A DNA stretch of 55,825 nucleotides, taken from an uncultured Eubacteriales bacterium. GTDB lineage: Bacteria > Bacillota > Clostridia > Oscillospirales > Acutalibacteraceae. The stretch covers positions 1 to 55,825 of the forward strand of contig CAYUWQ010000001.1 in assembly GCA_964448455.1 (NCBI GenBank), read 5' to 3'. This document shows positions 42,103 to 50,518 of this stretch, piece after piece (the first letter of the stretch is position 1; each line of letters starts with the position of its first letter). The position numbers and the translations under genes are program-made. The notes below the pieces were generated by a model, which saw nothing but the letters and a program-made list of their open reading frames with translations, was not told the DNA's origin and did no database searches.

Positions 42103-43437
42103 TTATTGCTTGGCGTTGAGTATGGCGGAACAGCAAAATAAAGCGGCACAGAAGACATCGGGCATCAATGATGCCACCAGCCAAAGCCGTCGCTTTTGCG
42201 CCTGCGACAGTTCATCTTCAAGCAGCAGTTGTAAACTAAAACCGAGAATCAGTTTTTTGTCCCAGTTTTTTACAATTGTTTTCAGCAAGTCAAAACTAAG
42301 TCCTTTGTCGAGCTGCCGAGTGATAAAGGCAATGGAATTTGCTGAATTGTCAGCAATAAGGGTTGCTGTTTCGAGGATCAGTTTTTCCGCCAAACTTTGG
42401 AGTGTGTAGATTTCCCGGGGGTTAAAATCAAATATTTCAGCCGCGAGCTCGGCACAGCCGAGCACATTGTTATTTGTTTCAAAAGGTCCTTGCTCGAACC
42501 CCTGCAGCATTTCAATTACATTTTGCCTGCCTATCCGGTCAAACCGGTTTTCGCTTGGTAAAACGCTGAAGATACGGTTGAATTTTTGTGCGCAAACACC
42601 CTCATAGGTGCTTACATGATAGCATTCGTACTTTTCAAAAGTATAGTAATAACCGTCAAAACGGTTAAAGGCTTTGCAGGTATCCAAATATCCCTGACGG
42701 ATATTGTTTAATGAAAGTTCCTTTTCAAAAATTGCCACACTGCCAAACTGACCGTCATTGAAGGGGCGTTTGTTGTGAACATAGTGGATAACCGCATTGT
42801 TTTCTTTTAACTTTTGCACAGGCATTTTGCCTATGTTAACGGCAACAACTTCTTCGGCGCCGCGGTCCAATGCCATTTGTATCGGCATATTATCTGAGTA
42901 ACCGCCGTCAATATATTTCGTTTGGCCTATTCTATACGACCTGACCAGGGGAAAAGCTGAAGCGCTCGCGATGATATAGTCAACCACTTCGCCGCGCGGA
43001 ATCTCGTCTATAAACCGCTGAACGCGCTTTTTATAGGGAAAGGTTGTGGTGACCAGACCAAAATCAATTGACGAGCTGCGCAAAGCGTCTTCGTCTAAAT
43101 AAGACAACATCAGCTTGCGCAACGGTGTATAATCGGCGCCGCCCTTTAAAACTGCTTCTTTCGCGAGTCTTTTTATAAAATCGCCTTGTTTCGATTCTTC
43201 GTTGTTTACGGCTTCGGCAAACTGGGTAAAGACCATGCCCATGCTCATGTTTTCCCACATGTGAAGAGCTTCTTTGTATTTGTCCGAAACCATCAGGGCA
43301 CCGTTGAACGCGCCGACCGAAGTGCCTGTAACAATGTCAGGTGAATAATTCAGCTCACGCAGAGCCTGCCAGGCACCGATTTGGTAACCGCCCTTAGCCC
43401 CGCCGCCGCTGAACACAACAGCTCGCTTGCCGGCCAA
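42103..43437 (-). CDS. Patatin-like phospholipase with a C-terminal extension of about 240 aa
   Basis: The start is TTG with GGAGGGA 7 nt upstream. FSGGGAKGGYQIGA is the oxyanion GGGxxG. GTSVGAFNG carries the GxSxG nucleophile. IDGGYSDN is the catalytic DGG. Confidence 0.85.
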   Translation of the reverse strand: MAGKRAVVFSGGGAKGGYQIGAWQALRELNYSPDIVTGTSVGAFNGALMVSDKYKEALHMWENMSMGMVFTQFAEAVNNEESKQGDFIKRLAKEAVLKGGADYTPLRKLMLSYLDEDALRSSSIDFGLVTTTFPYKKRVQRFIDEIPRGEVVDYIIASASAFPLVRSYRIGQTKYIDGGYSDNMPIQMALDRGAEEVVAVNIGKMPVQKLKENNAVIHYVHNKRPFNDGQFGSVAIFEKELSLNNIRQGYLDTCKAFNRFDGYYYTFEKYECYHVSTYEGVCAQKFNRIFSVLPSENRFDRIGRQNVIEMLQGFEQGPFETNNNVLGCAELAAEIFDFNPREIYTLQSLAEKLILETATLIADNSANSIAFITRQLDKGLSFDLLKTIVKNWDKKLILGFSLQLLLEDELSQAQKRRLWLVASLMPDVFCAALFCCSAILNAKQ

Positions 43438-43620
43438 AAAAATCCCTCCGTTAACTGGTTTTGAACTGATGATGTTTTATGCTACCAATTGTGAAGTATT
43501 ATATCATATAAGCAAGCAAAATTAAACAGATATTTAGCCTTAACCGTCCAATAAAGTTGACCAGCAGTCAAAAATGATATACAATAATTTGGTTAGAATT
43601 CATATAGAACAGGTGAAGAG

Positions 43621-44385
43621 TTGGCTGTCAGAAAACACGGTTTCGGTAGATATGTTATGGATATAACAGGTCTGACTTTGCTCCTCGCGGCGGCAGGGTG
43701 TTACGCTTTGTTGTATATTGTCAAGATGGAAAAAGTAGCATTTTGGTATTCAGGCGTTCAATCAAAACTGCTGGCGTTTGAGGAGATCATTGAGTCAATC
43801 GAGCAGTGGTGGATATTTTTGCTTGTAATAGCATTGATTTACAGCGTAAAAAGCATACTGCCGATTCTATCTACTTCGGTTGTCTGTATTATCACGGGTG
43901 TTGTTTTACCGGTCTACATTGCTTTTTTTGTTAATATTATCGGTCTGACTTTGATTTTTTCTATTCGTTACTATATGGGCAGACGGTTCGGCGGCGGCAA
44001 TACGCAAAAATTGGTTTATAGAAATAAGAGGGTCAGAGCAATTATGGAACACGGCGGCAAGGGCAATCCGTGGTTGCTGATTGTATTCAGAGTATTTCCG
44101 ACTTTTCCGATTAACAGTGTCAGCCAGCTTTACGGTCAAATGAGATTCAAATATGTGAACTTTATTTTGTTGTCGCTGCTCGGATATGCGCCAAAGCTCC
44201 TGTCCTATACCTTTATCGGGCGTAATGTGTACAACCCGCTTTCCGCGGCATTCTTAACACCGATTATCTTGCTGCTTACACTATCGGGTATTTCACTGCT
44301 TTCCATCAATATAATTTGGAAATTTGTCGGGGACAGGCGCCACATAGCCCAAGGTAAAAAGAATGTCGAACAAAACGAAACCTGA
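43621..44385 (+). CDS. TVP38/TMEM64 (DedA-related, VTT-domain) family membrane protein
   Basis: It is polytopic. PILSTSVVCIITGVVLPVYIAFFVNIIGLTLIFSIRYYMGRRFG and RVFPTFPINSVSQLYGQMRFKY resemble the VTT-domain pattern. The start is uncertain, either TTG 43621 or ATG 43657. Confidence 0.7.
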   Translation: MAVRKHGFGRYVMDITGLTLLLAAAGCYALLYIVKMEKVAFWYSGVQSKLLAFEEIIESIEQWWIFLLVIALIYSVKSILPILSTSVVCIITGVVLPVYIAFFVNIIGLTLIFSIRYYMGRRFGGGNTQKLVYRNKRVRAIMEHGGKGNPWLLIVFRVFPTFPINSVSQLYGQMRFKYVNFILLSLLGYAPKLLSYTFIGRNVYNPLSAAFLTPIILLLTLSGISLLSINIIWKFVGDRRHIAQGKKNVEQNET

Positions 44386-44422
44386 CCGTCAGTAAACAGA
44401 CGGCAATGAAACGGAGTTGGAG

Positions 44423-45706
44423 ATGGAGAACCTTTTATTAATAAGAGATAAACTGGCTGCCGGATTTCTTTCGAAGGAATTATTAGCGGTATATGTTACA
44501 GATGCAGAGGTTGCACAGCAAAAACTGCGAATAACAAAACTAATTGACAACTTTGGTCTGCTCTTTGGAACGGACAGAAGCGTCGGGCTTTTCAGCGCGC
44601 CCGGGCGCACCGAAATCGGCGGCAATCATACAGACCACAACCACGGCAGAGTCCTGGCGGCAAGTATTAATTTGGACGCGGTAGCGGCCACCGCGGGCAA
44701 TAATGAAAACATTGTTCGTGTAAAATCGGACGGTTATTCCATGGATGTCGTCAACCTTGAAGATCTCGGTGTGATGCCGCAGGAGCGTCACCGTTCTGCT
44801 GCGCTTGTTCGCGGTGTATGCGCAGGGTTTAAACTGCGTGGCTATCAAATCGGAGGGTTTGACGCAGCAACCGCTTCTGATGTCCTGACCGGTTCCGGTT
44901 TATCCTCTTCGGCGGCATTTGAAGTGCTGTTGGGCACTATATTGAATCACCTCTACAACGAAGGGCGCGTCAGCGCGGTTGAAATTGCCCAAATCGCCCA
45001 GTATGCCGAAAACGAGTATTTCGGCAAGCCCTGCGGACTAATGGACCAAACGGCAAGTTCCGTCGGCGGGTTTGTCACGATTGATTTTAAAAACCCAAAA
45101 ACACCGGTTATTGAAAAGGTGGATTTCGATTTTTCCGCCTGCGGACACAGCCTTTGTATTGTTGACACAAAAGGCAGCCATTCCGGGTTGACGGAAGAAT
45201 ACGCCGCTGTCAGGGAAGAAATGGAGTCCGTTGCGGCCGATTTCGGCAAAGAGACACTGCGGGATGTCCCGCAGGGAGAGTTTGAGAAAGAACTTCATGA
45301 CCTTCGCCCGCGTGTGGGCGACAGAGCCGTTTTGCGCGCCATGCATTTTTACGCGGATAACGAAAGGGTTCTTCGTCAGGCGAAAGCCCTTGCTCAAGGG
45401 GATTTTGACACCTTTAAGGCGGCGGTTATTGAGAGCGGGCAGTCGTCGTTTATGTACAACCAGAATGTATACCTTTCAGCCACTCCGGAATTCCAGCCTG
45501 TTTCGATTGCGCTGTGTTTGAGCGAAAAAATACTCAAAGGCAAAGGCGCTTGGCGCGTGCACGGCGGCGGTTTCGCGGGGACAATCCAAGCGTTTGTGCC
45601 GAAAGATCTGCTTGGCGCATACAAGAACGCGATGAATGCTGTTTTTGGCGACAATTCCTGCCATGTGCTGTCGGTTCGTCCGATTGGCGGCGTAAAAATA
45701 TACTGA
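44423..45706 (+). CDS. GHMP sugar-1-kinase of the galactokinase family (divergent signature)
   Basis: The galactokinase signature region reads APGRTEIGGNHTDHNHG; the classical form is GR-x-NLIGEHTDY. The GHMP ATP motif is LTGSGLSSSAAFEV and the C-terminus has RVHGGGFAGT. I set the start at ATG 44423, with GGAG 6 nt upstream. Confidence 0.8.
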   Translation: MENLLLIRDKLAAGFLSKELLAVYVTDAEVAQQKLRITKLIDNFGLLFGTDRSVGLFSAPGRTEIGGNHTDHNHGRVLAASINLDAVAATAGNNENIVRVKSDGYSMDVVNLEDLGVMPQERHRSAALVRGVCAGFKLRGYQIGGFDAATASDVLTGSGLSSSAAFEVLLGTILNHLYNEGRVSAVEIAQIAQYAENEYFGKPCGLMDQTASSVGGFVTIDFKNPKTPVIEKVDFDFSACGHSLCIVDTKGSHSGLTEEYAAVREEMESVAADFGKETLRDVPQGEFEKELHDLRPRVGDRAVLRAMHFYADNERVLRQAKALAQGDFDTFKAAVIESGQSSFMYNQNVYLSATPEFQPVSIALCLSEKILKGKGAWRVHGGGFAGTIQAFVPKDLLGAYKNAMNAVFGDNSCHVLSVRPIGGVKIY

Positions 45707-45742
45707 GTAAAATTTATATTCCACAATCTGAAATGAGTTGAA

Positions 45743-46780
45743 ATGATGCAAAATTATAAAGAACTGCGGGAACTTGTATTCGCCTTGTCCAATACAAACG
45801 GTGTCGCGGGTGACGAGTCTGCCGCGGCAGAAAAGGCGGGGAAAGAGCTCGCGAAATATATGCCCGTGACGATTGACGCGCTTGGCAATATATCAGGCAA
45901 AACCACAGGTGCCGGGCATCATATCCTACTGGATGCCCACATTGACCAAATCGGTATGATTGTGACAGCGGTGGATGAAGACGGGTTTGTTAAAGTTGAC
46001 AAATGCGGCGGTATGGATATCCGGGTTTTGTCTGCGCACGAGGTGACGGTCTGGGGTAAGGAGCCGCTATTTGGTGTTATTACATCAACTCCGCCCCACT
46101 TAGCCCAAAAGGAAGACGGCAAGAAAGCAAAAGGATTTGACGAGATCGCCATTGATATCGGTCTGCCGGGGAAAAAGGCGTCCGAACTCGTCCGTCCGGG
46201 CGACCGGGTAACACTCAACGGCAAGCAAATCAGACTTTTGAATGACCGGATTTGCAGCCCCGCCCTTGATGACAGAGCGGGGGTGGCAGCAATTCTGCGC
46301 TGCCTTCAGATTTTGCATGACAAAAAGCATCAATGCCGGCTTTCCGTGCTGTTCTCCGTTCAGGAAGAAACGGGCGGCAGCGGCGCACAAACGGGCGGGT
46401 TTACGGCGGCTGCAGATGAATCGATAGCCGTCGATGTCAGTTTCGCGATGGCACCCGGTATGCCGCGTGAAAAATGCGCCGATTTGGGCAAGGGTACCAT
46501 GATTGGTATTTCGCCGGTGCTGGATCGCAAAATGAGCACAATGCTCGAACGAATTGCGAAAGATAAAAATATTCCGTATCAGTTGGAAGTAATGGGCGGA
46601 AAAACGGGAACCAATGCGGATGCGATTCAGGTTTCCGGCAAAGGCGTAAAATCAGCCTTGCTTTCTATCCCGCTTAAGAATATGCATACGGGCGTTGAAA
46701 TGTTGGACCTGGCGGATGTAGAAAGCACCGCAAGACTGATGGCGGAATACATTATGGAAAGGGGCGGGGCAGATGTATAA
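45743..46780 (+). CDS. M42 family metallopeptidase (glutamyl aminopeptidase/FrvX-like)
   Basis: LLDAHIDQIGMIVT, ALDDRAGVA, FSVQEETGGSGA and IPLKNMHT are present. Confidence 0.85.
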   Translation: MMQNYKELRELVFALSNTNGVAGDESAAAEKAGKELAKYMPVTIDALGNISGKTTGAGHHILLDAHIDQIGMIVTAVDEDGFVKVDKCGGMDIRVLSAHEVTVWGKEPLFGVITSTPPHLAQKEDGKKAKGFDEIAIDIGLPGKKASELVRPGDRVTLNGKQIRLLNDRICSPALDDRAGVAAILRCLQILHDKKHQCRLSVLFSVQEETGGSGAQTGGFTAAADESIAVDVSFAMAPGMPREKCADLGKGTMIGISPVLDRKMSTMLERIAKDKNIPYQLEVMGGKTGTNADAIQVSGKGVKSALLSIPLKNMHTGVEMLDLADVESTARLMAEYIMERGGADV

Positions 46781-47792
46781 AGAACTGGAAACCCTCTGCT
46801 CGATCCCCGGCGTTTCCGGCAGAGAGGACAAAGTGCGGGACTGTCTTATTACGCTTATAGGCGGATCAGCCGAATATAATATTGACCCGCTGGGCAACCT
46901 GATTGTTTTTAAAAAAGGCGTCAAAACACCAAAAAACAAAGTGATGCTTGCCGCCCACATGGACGAAGTGGGCTTTATAGTAACTTACATAACAGATGAC
47001 GGTTATCTCAAATTTTCCGCCGTGGGCGGTGTTGATACCCGTGTTATGCTTGGCAGACCGGTAATTGTCGGCGAAAAAAGCATACCGGGTGTAATCGGTA
47101 TAAAACCGGTGCACATGGTTACAGACGATGAAAAGGCCGCTGTTCCGGATCAAGACAATCTCTATATTGATATCGGTGCAAACAGCCGCGAAGAAGCCGG
47201 GAAAGTTGTAAGCCCCGGTGATACGGTCAGTTTTGATTCGCATCCGGTTCGTTTTGGCGAAGGCAGGATAAAAGCAAAAGCACTTGATGACAGGGCGGGC
47301 TGTTTGATTTTAGTAAATCTGATAAAAAGCGAGCTGCCCTGCGATATGCACTTCGTTTTTACCGTGCAGGAAGAAGTGGGGTTAAGAGGCGCAAAATCGG
47401 CGGCATTTTCGGTTGCGCCGGACTATGCGATTGTTGTGGAAACAACAACAGCAGCGGATATTGCCGGTGTTCCGAAAGAAAAGCAGGTTTGCAAACTCGG
47501 TTCGGGCGCTGTCATATCATTTATGGACCGGAGCACCGTATATAACAGGAAACTGTATGATCTGGCTTTCGCGCTTGCGAAAAAAAACGGAATAACAGTT
47601 CAGCCTAAAACAATGGTTGCCGGCGGCAATGACGCCGGTTCGATTCACACGAGCCGGAGCGGCGTGCGTACACTGACCGTTTCCCTGCCTTGCCGGTATC
47701 TGCATTCACCCTCATGCGTGATTTGCGATGATGACATTAAACAAGTGCGAAAAATCGTGCTGGCTTTGGCGGAGGAATGCGCCAATGCTTAG
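46773..47792 (+). CDS. M42 family metallopeptidase, second paralogue
   Basis: MLAAHMDEVGFIVT, ALDDRAGC, FTVQEEVGLRGA and LPCRYLHSP are present. It overlaps the upstream gene by 8 nt. Confidence 0.85.
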   Translation: MYKELETLCSIPGVSGREDKVRDCLITLIGGSAEYNIDPLGNLIVFKKGVKTPKNKVMLAAHMDEVGFIVTYITDDGYLKFSAVGGVDTRVMLGRPVIVGEKSIPGVIGIKPVHMVTDDEKAAVPDQDNLYIDIGANSREEAGKVVSPGDTVSFDSHPVRFGEGRIKAKALDDRAGCLILVNLIKSELPCDMHFVFTVQEEVGLRGAKSAAFSVAPDYAIVVETTTAADIAGVPKEKQVCKLGSGAVISFMDRSTVYNRKLYDLAFALAKKNGITVQPKTMVAGGNDAGSIHTSRSGVRTLTVSLPCRYLHSPSCVICDDDIKQVRKIVLALAEECANA

Positions 47793-48537
47793 ATTACAGG
47801 AGGAAAAAGACAACCGCTTAACAAGCTTTTGCGAAAGAGATGTTTTCGGCACCAGAATATCGGCCTGTATGACGGTTTACTCAACTGAATATCCCTTTGC
47901 TTTGTTTTATTTGCAGGAAATTGGGGAACAGGTTACAGCCGCCCTGTGTAAAATTGACGGAGCGATGACAATCTGCTGCGCGGAAAATGCCGATTTTGAG
48001 GAGCTGTCGCAGTTTGTCAAAGCTGTGGGTTTCGACAGTCTGTTATGCGATGCGTCAGCCTGCAGCCGTCTCTGTTTGGAAGCAAAGAAAAACGGTTTAA
48101 TTGTTGAATACGGCGGTATGAAAATAAAGTATGACAATCAAAGCGCTTTATTTGCAGCGGGATTTGAGTTGTCGGATGTTTATGATATACTGAAGCGTTC
48201 AAACTTTGACGGATTGGGCAATCGCGCGCAGTGGCTTTCGGATGTCTCTTTCCGGGTGAACCGGGGAGCTGCAAAAGCGGCGGCGGTTCAAGAAGACGGC
48301 GATTTAGCCGCCTGCGCCATGGTGTTGTTTGAGACGCAAGCGGCCGCGCTCATCGGCGCGGTTGCGACTTTGCCGGCTTACCGCGGCAAAGGCTACGCCG
48401 GCGCACTTGTCACTTCGCTTGCGCGTGAGAAAAAGGCAGCGAATAAAAGGGTTGAATTGCTTTGCGCAAGCAACGGTATTGTCGATTTTTATCAAAAACT
48501 CGGATTTAGAATAACCGGTGAATGGACGCTGGTGTAA
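47785..48537 (+). CDS. GNAT-family N-acetyltransferase with an uncharacterised N-terminal half
   Basis: The C-terminal half has the acetyl-CoA motif IGAVATLPAYRGKGYAGALV...FYQKLGF. I set the start at ATG 47785, which overlaps the upstream stop (ATGCTTAG). Confidence 0.65.
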   Translation: MLRLQEEKDNRLTSFCERDVFGTRISACMTVYSTEYPFALFYLQEIGEQVTAALCKIDGAMTICCAENADFEELSQFVKAVGFDSLLCDASACSRLCLEAKKNGLIVEYGGMKIKYDNQSALFAAGFELSDVYDILKRSNFDGLGNRAQWLSDVSFRVNRGAAKAAAVQEDGDLAACAMVLFETQAAALIGAVATLPAYRGKGYAGALVTSLAREKKAANKRVELLCASNGIVDFYQKLGFRITGEWTLV

Positions 48538-48554
48538 AGCAGGTAATTTATGTG

Positions 48555-49814
48555 AAGCAGCAATTTTTTAAAATAGACGATAAAATATGCCGGTGCAGCG
48601 AAAAAGCAATGGCGAAAATTGCTGTGCCCATTAAAAGAATTGAAGAAATAACCGAGCACAACCAGTTAAAAGTATTATCGGCTTTTATTAAAAACGGTGT
48701 CAGTGAAAGCCATTTTTCGGAAAGTACCGGTTATGGCTACGGGGACAGGGGACGCGCAGTGCTGGACAGGGTGTTCGCGAATGCTCTCGGCGCCGAGGAT
48801 GCCCTTGTAAGGCACAGTTTTGCCTGCGGTACACATACCATTGCCGTCGCGCTGTTCGGGCTGCTGCGCCCCGGCGAAACCATGCTGTGCGTAACAGGTA
48901 CTCCGTATGACACCATTCATCCCGTCATTGGCCTTAAAGGTGAAGGGCAGGGATCATTAAAAGATTTTGGGATTCATTACGAGCAGGTTGAGTTGGATAA
49001 AAACGGCAAACCGGATATGCCCGCAATCCGGGAAGCGCTCAAACGGGATATTCGCTTGGTTTATATTCAGCGCTCCGGTGGCTACGCGCCGCGCCCGAGC
49101 CTCTCCGTGCAGGAAATCGGGGTGATAGCGAACCTCGTGAAAGCCCGTAGCAACGCGTTGATTTTTGTGGACAACTGTTACGGTGAATTTGTGCAAACAC
49201 AGGAACCGCCGGAATTCGGGGCGGATGTTATCGCAGGCTCGTTAATTAAAAATCCCGGCGGCGGCATCGCGAAAAACGGCGGCTATATTGCGGGCAAATC
49301 GGATTTGATCGAATTGTGCGCGTACAGGATGACAACACCCGGGCTTGGCAGGGAAGTAGGCGCGACACTCGGACAAAACCGCGGGATGTTTATGGGGATG
49401 TTCAACGCACCGCATGTTACGGGTGAGGCGCTGAAAGCGGCTGTATTTACGGCGGCGCTTTTTGAAGAACTTGGCTTTGATGTCTCGCCGGCAAGCGGGG
49501 ATGAACGCTTTGATATTGTTCAATCCGTATTTCTGCACGATTCCGAATCCCTAATAGCCTTCTGCCGGGGGATGCAGCGCGGCGCCCCAGTTGATTCTTT
49601 TGTGTTGCCGGAACCATGGGATATGCCGGGTTACGACAACAAAGTGATTATGGCTGCGGGTGCCTTTACCATGGGGTCTTCCATCGAATTGTCGGCCGAC
49701 GCACCGCTCAGGGAACCCTTTGCCGCGTGGATGCAGGGCGGACTCAATTTTCATAGCGCGAAAATGGGTATTATGCTGGCCGCCCAAACGATGCTCGAAA
49801 AGGGTAAATTGTGA
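48555..49814 (+). CDS. YnbB / 'aluminium resistance' family PLP-dependent C-S lyase-like protein
   Basis: EHNQLKVLSAFIKNGVSESHFSESTGYGYGDRGRAVLDRVFANALGAEDALVR is the characteristic N-terminal block. SLIKNPGGG is also present. I prefer the GTG at 48555 because it does not overlap the upstream gene and gives an N-terminal length similar to B. subtilis YnbB as I recall it. The ATG at 48522 is also possible. Confidence 0.75.
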   Translation, partial: KQQFFKIDDKICRCSEKAMAKIAVPIKRIEEITEHNQLKVLSAFIKNGVSESHFSESTGYGYGDRGRAVLDRVFANALGAEDALVRHSFACGTHTIAVALFGLLRPGETMLCVTGTPYDTIHPVIGLKGEGQGSLKDFGIHYEQVELDKNGKPDMPAIREALKRDIRLVYIQRSGGYAPRPSLSVQEIGVIANLVKARSNALIFVDNCYGEFVQTQEPPEFGADVIAGSLIKNPGGGIAKNGGYIAGKSDLIELCAYRMTTPGLGREVGATLGQNRGMFMGMFNAPHVTGEALKAAVFTAALFEELGFDVSPASGDERFDIVQSVFLHDSESLIAFCRGMQRGAPVDSFVLPEPWDMPGYDNKVIMAAGAFTMGSSIELSADAPLREPFAAWMQGGLNFHSAKMGIMLAAQTMLEKGKL

Positions 49815-50518
49815 TGAAGAATTATGACGGAATTACGGGCGAAGCATTTTGGCTGCTCGGACAAAACAAGTTCAACAATTCAAAAGAGTTTTATGAAGCG
49901 AATAAAGAGCAAATTGTTCGCCTTGCTATAAAGCCCATGCGGCAGATTGCGGAAATTATTGCGGCGGACATGGAAAAGATTGACGACAGGATGAATCTTG
50001 TTCCGACAAAAATGGTTTCTCGAGTCCGGCGCGATACGCGGTTTTCAAAAGACAAGCGACTTTACCGCGAGAATGTTTGGATTATGTTTATGCGCCCGAA
50101 AGCCGAGTGGCCGACATATCCCTGTTTTTGGTTTGAAATTCAGCCGTCGGGTTATTCCTATGGCGTCAGCTGTTTTGAAACAACGCCGGCGTTTATGCAA
50201 ATTTACCGTCAACTCTTGTTGGAGCGGCCGGACGAGTTTTTGCAAGCGGTTAAAAAAGCAGAAAAAGCCGGAGCGGGTTTTTACGCAGACAGCTACAAAA
50301 AAGAAAAGAAACCGGATGTTCCGGAAAATATAAAAATGTATTATAATGTCAAAAGCATGTATTTTATGGTGAAATCAAGCGACTTAAGCGTGCTTGAAAG
50401 CGATGCGGTTATCGCAGAGCTGAAAGCAGCTTACAAGAACTTCACGCCGATGTACCTTTTTTTAAAAAGGGCAGCGGACAGATATATAGCACTGGGTCAG
50501 GTGGATAACGATGCTTGA
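49814..50518 (+). CDS. DUF2461 (TIGR02453-like) family protein
   Basis: ...FYEANKEQ...MVSRVRRDTRFSKDKRLYRENVWIMF... is the pattern of this conserved hypothetical family. The start overlaps the upstream stop (TGATG). Confidence 0.7.
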   Translation: MKNYDGITGEAFWLLGQNKFNNSKEFYEANKEQIVRLAIKPMRQIAEIIAADMEKIDDRMNLVPTKMVSRVRRDTRFSKDKRLYRENVWIMFMRPKAEWPTYPCFWFEIQPSGYSYGVSCFETTPAFMQIYRQLLLERPDEFLQAVKKAEKAGAGFYADSYKKEKKPDVPENIKMYYNVKSMYFMVKSSDLSVLESDAVIAELKAAYKNFTPMYLFLKRAADRYIALGQVDNDA

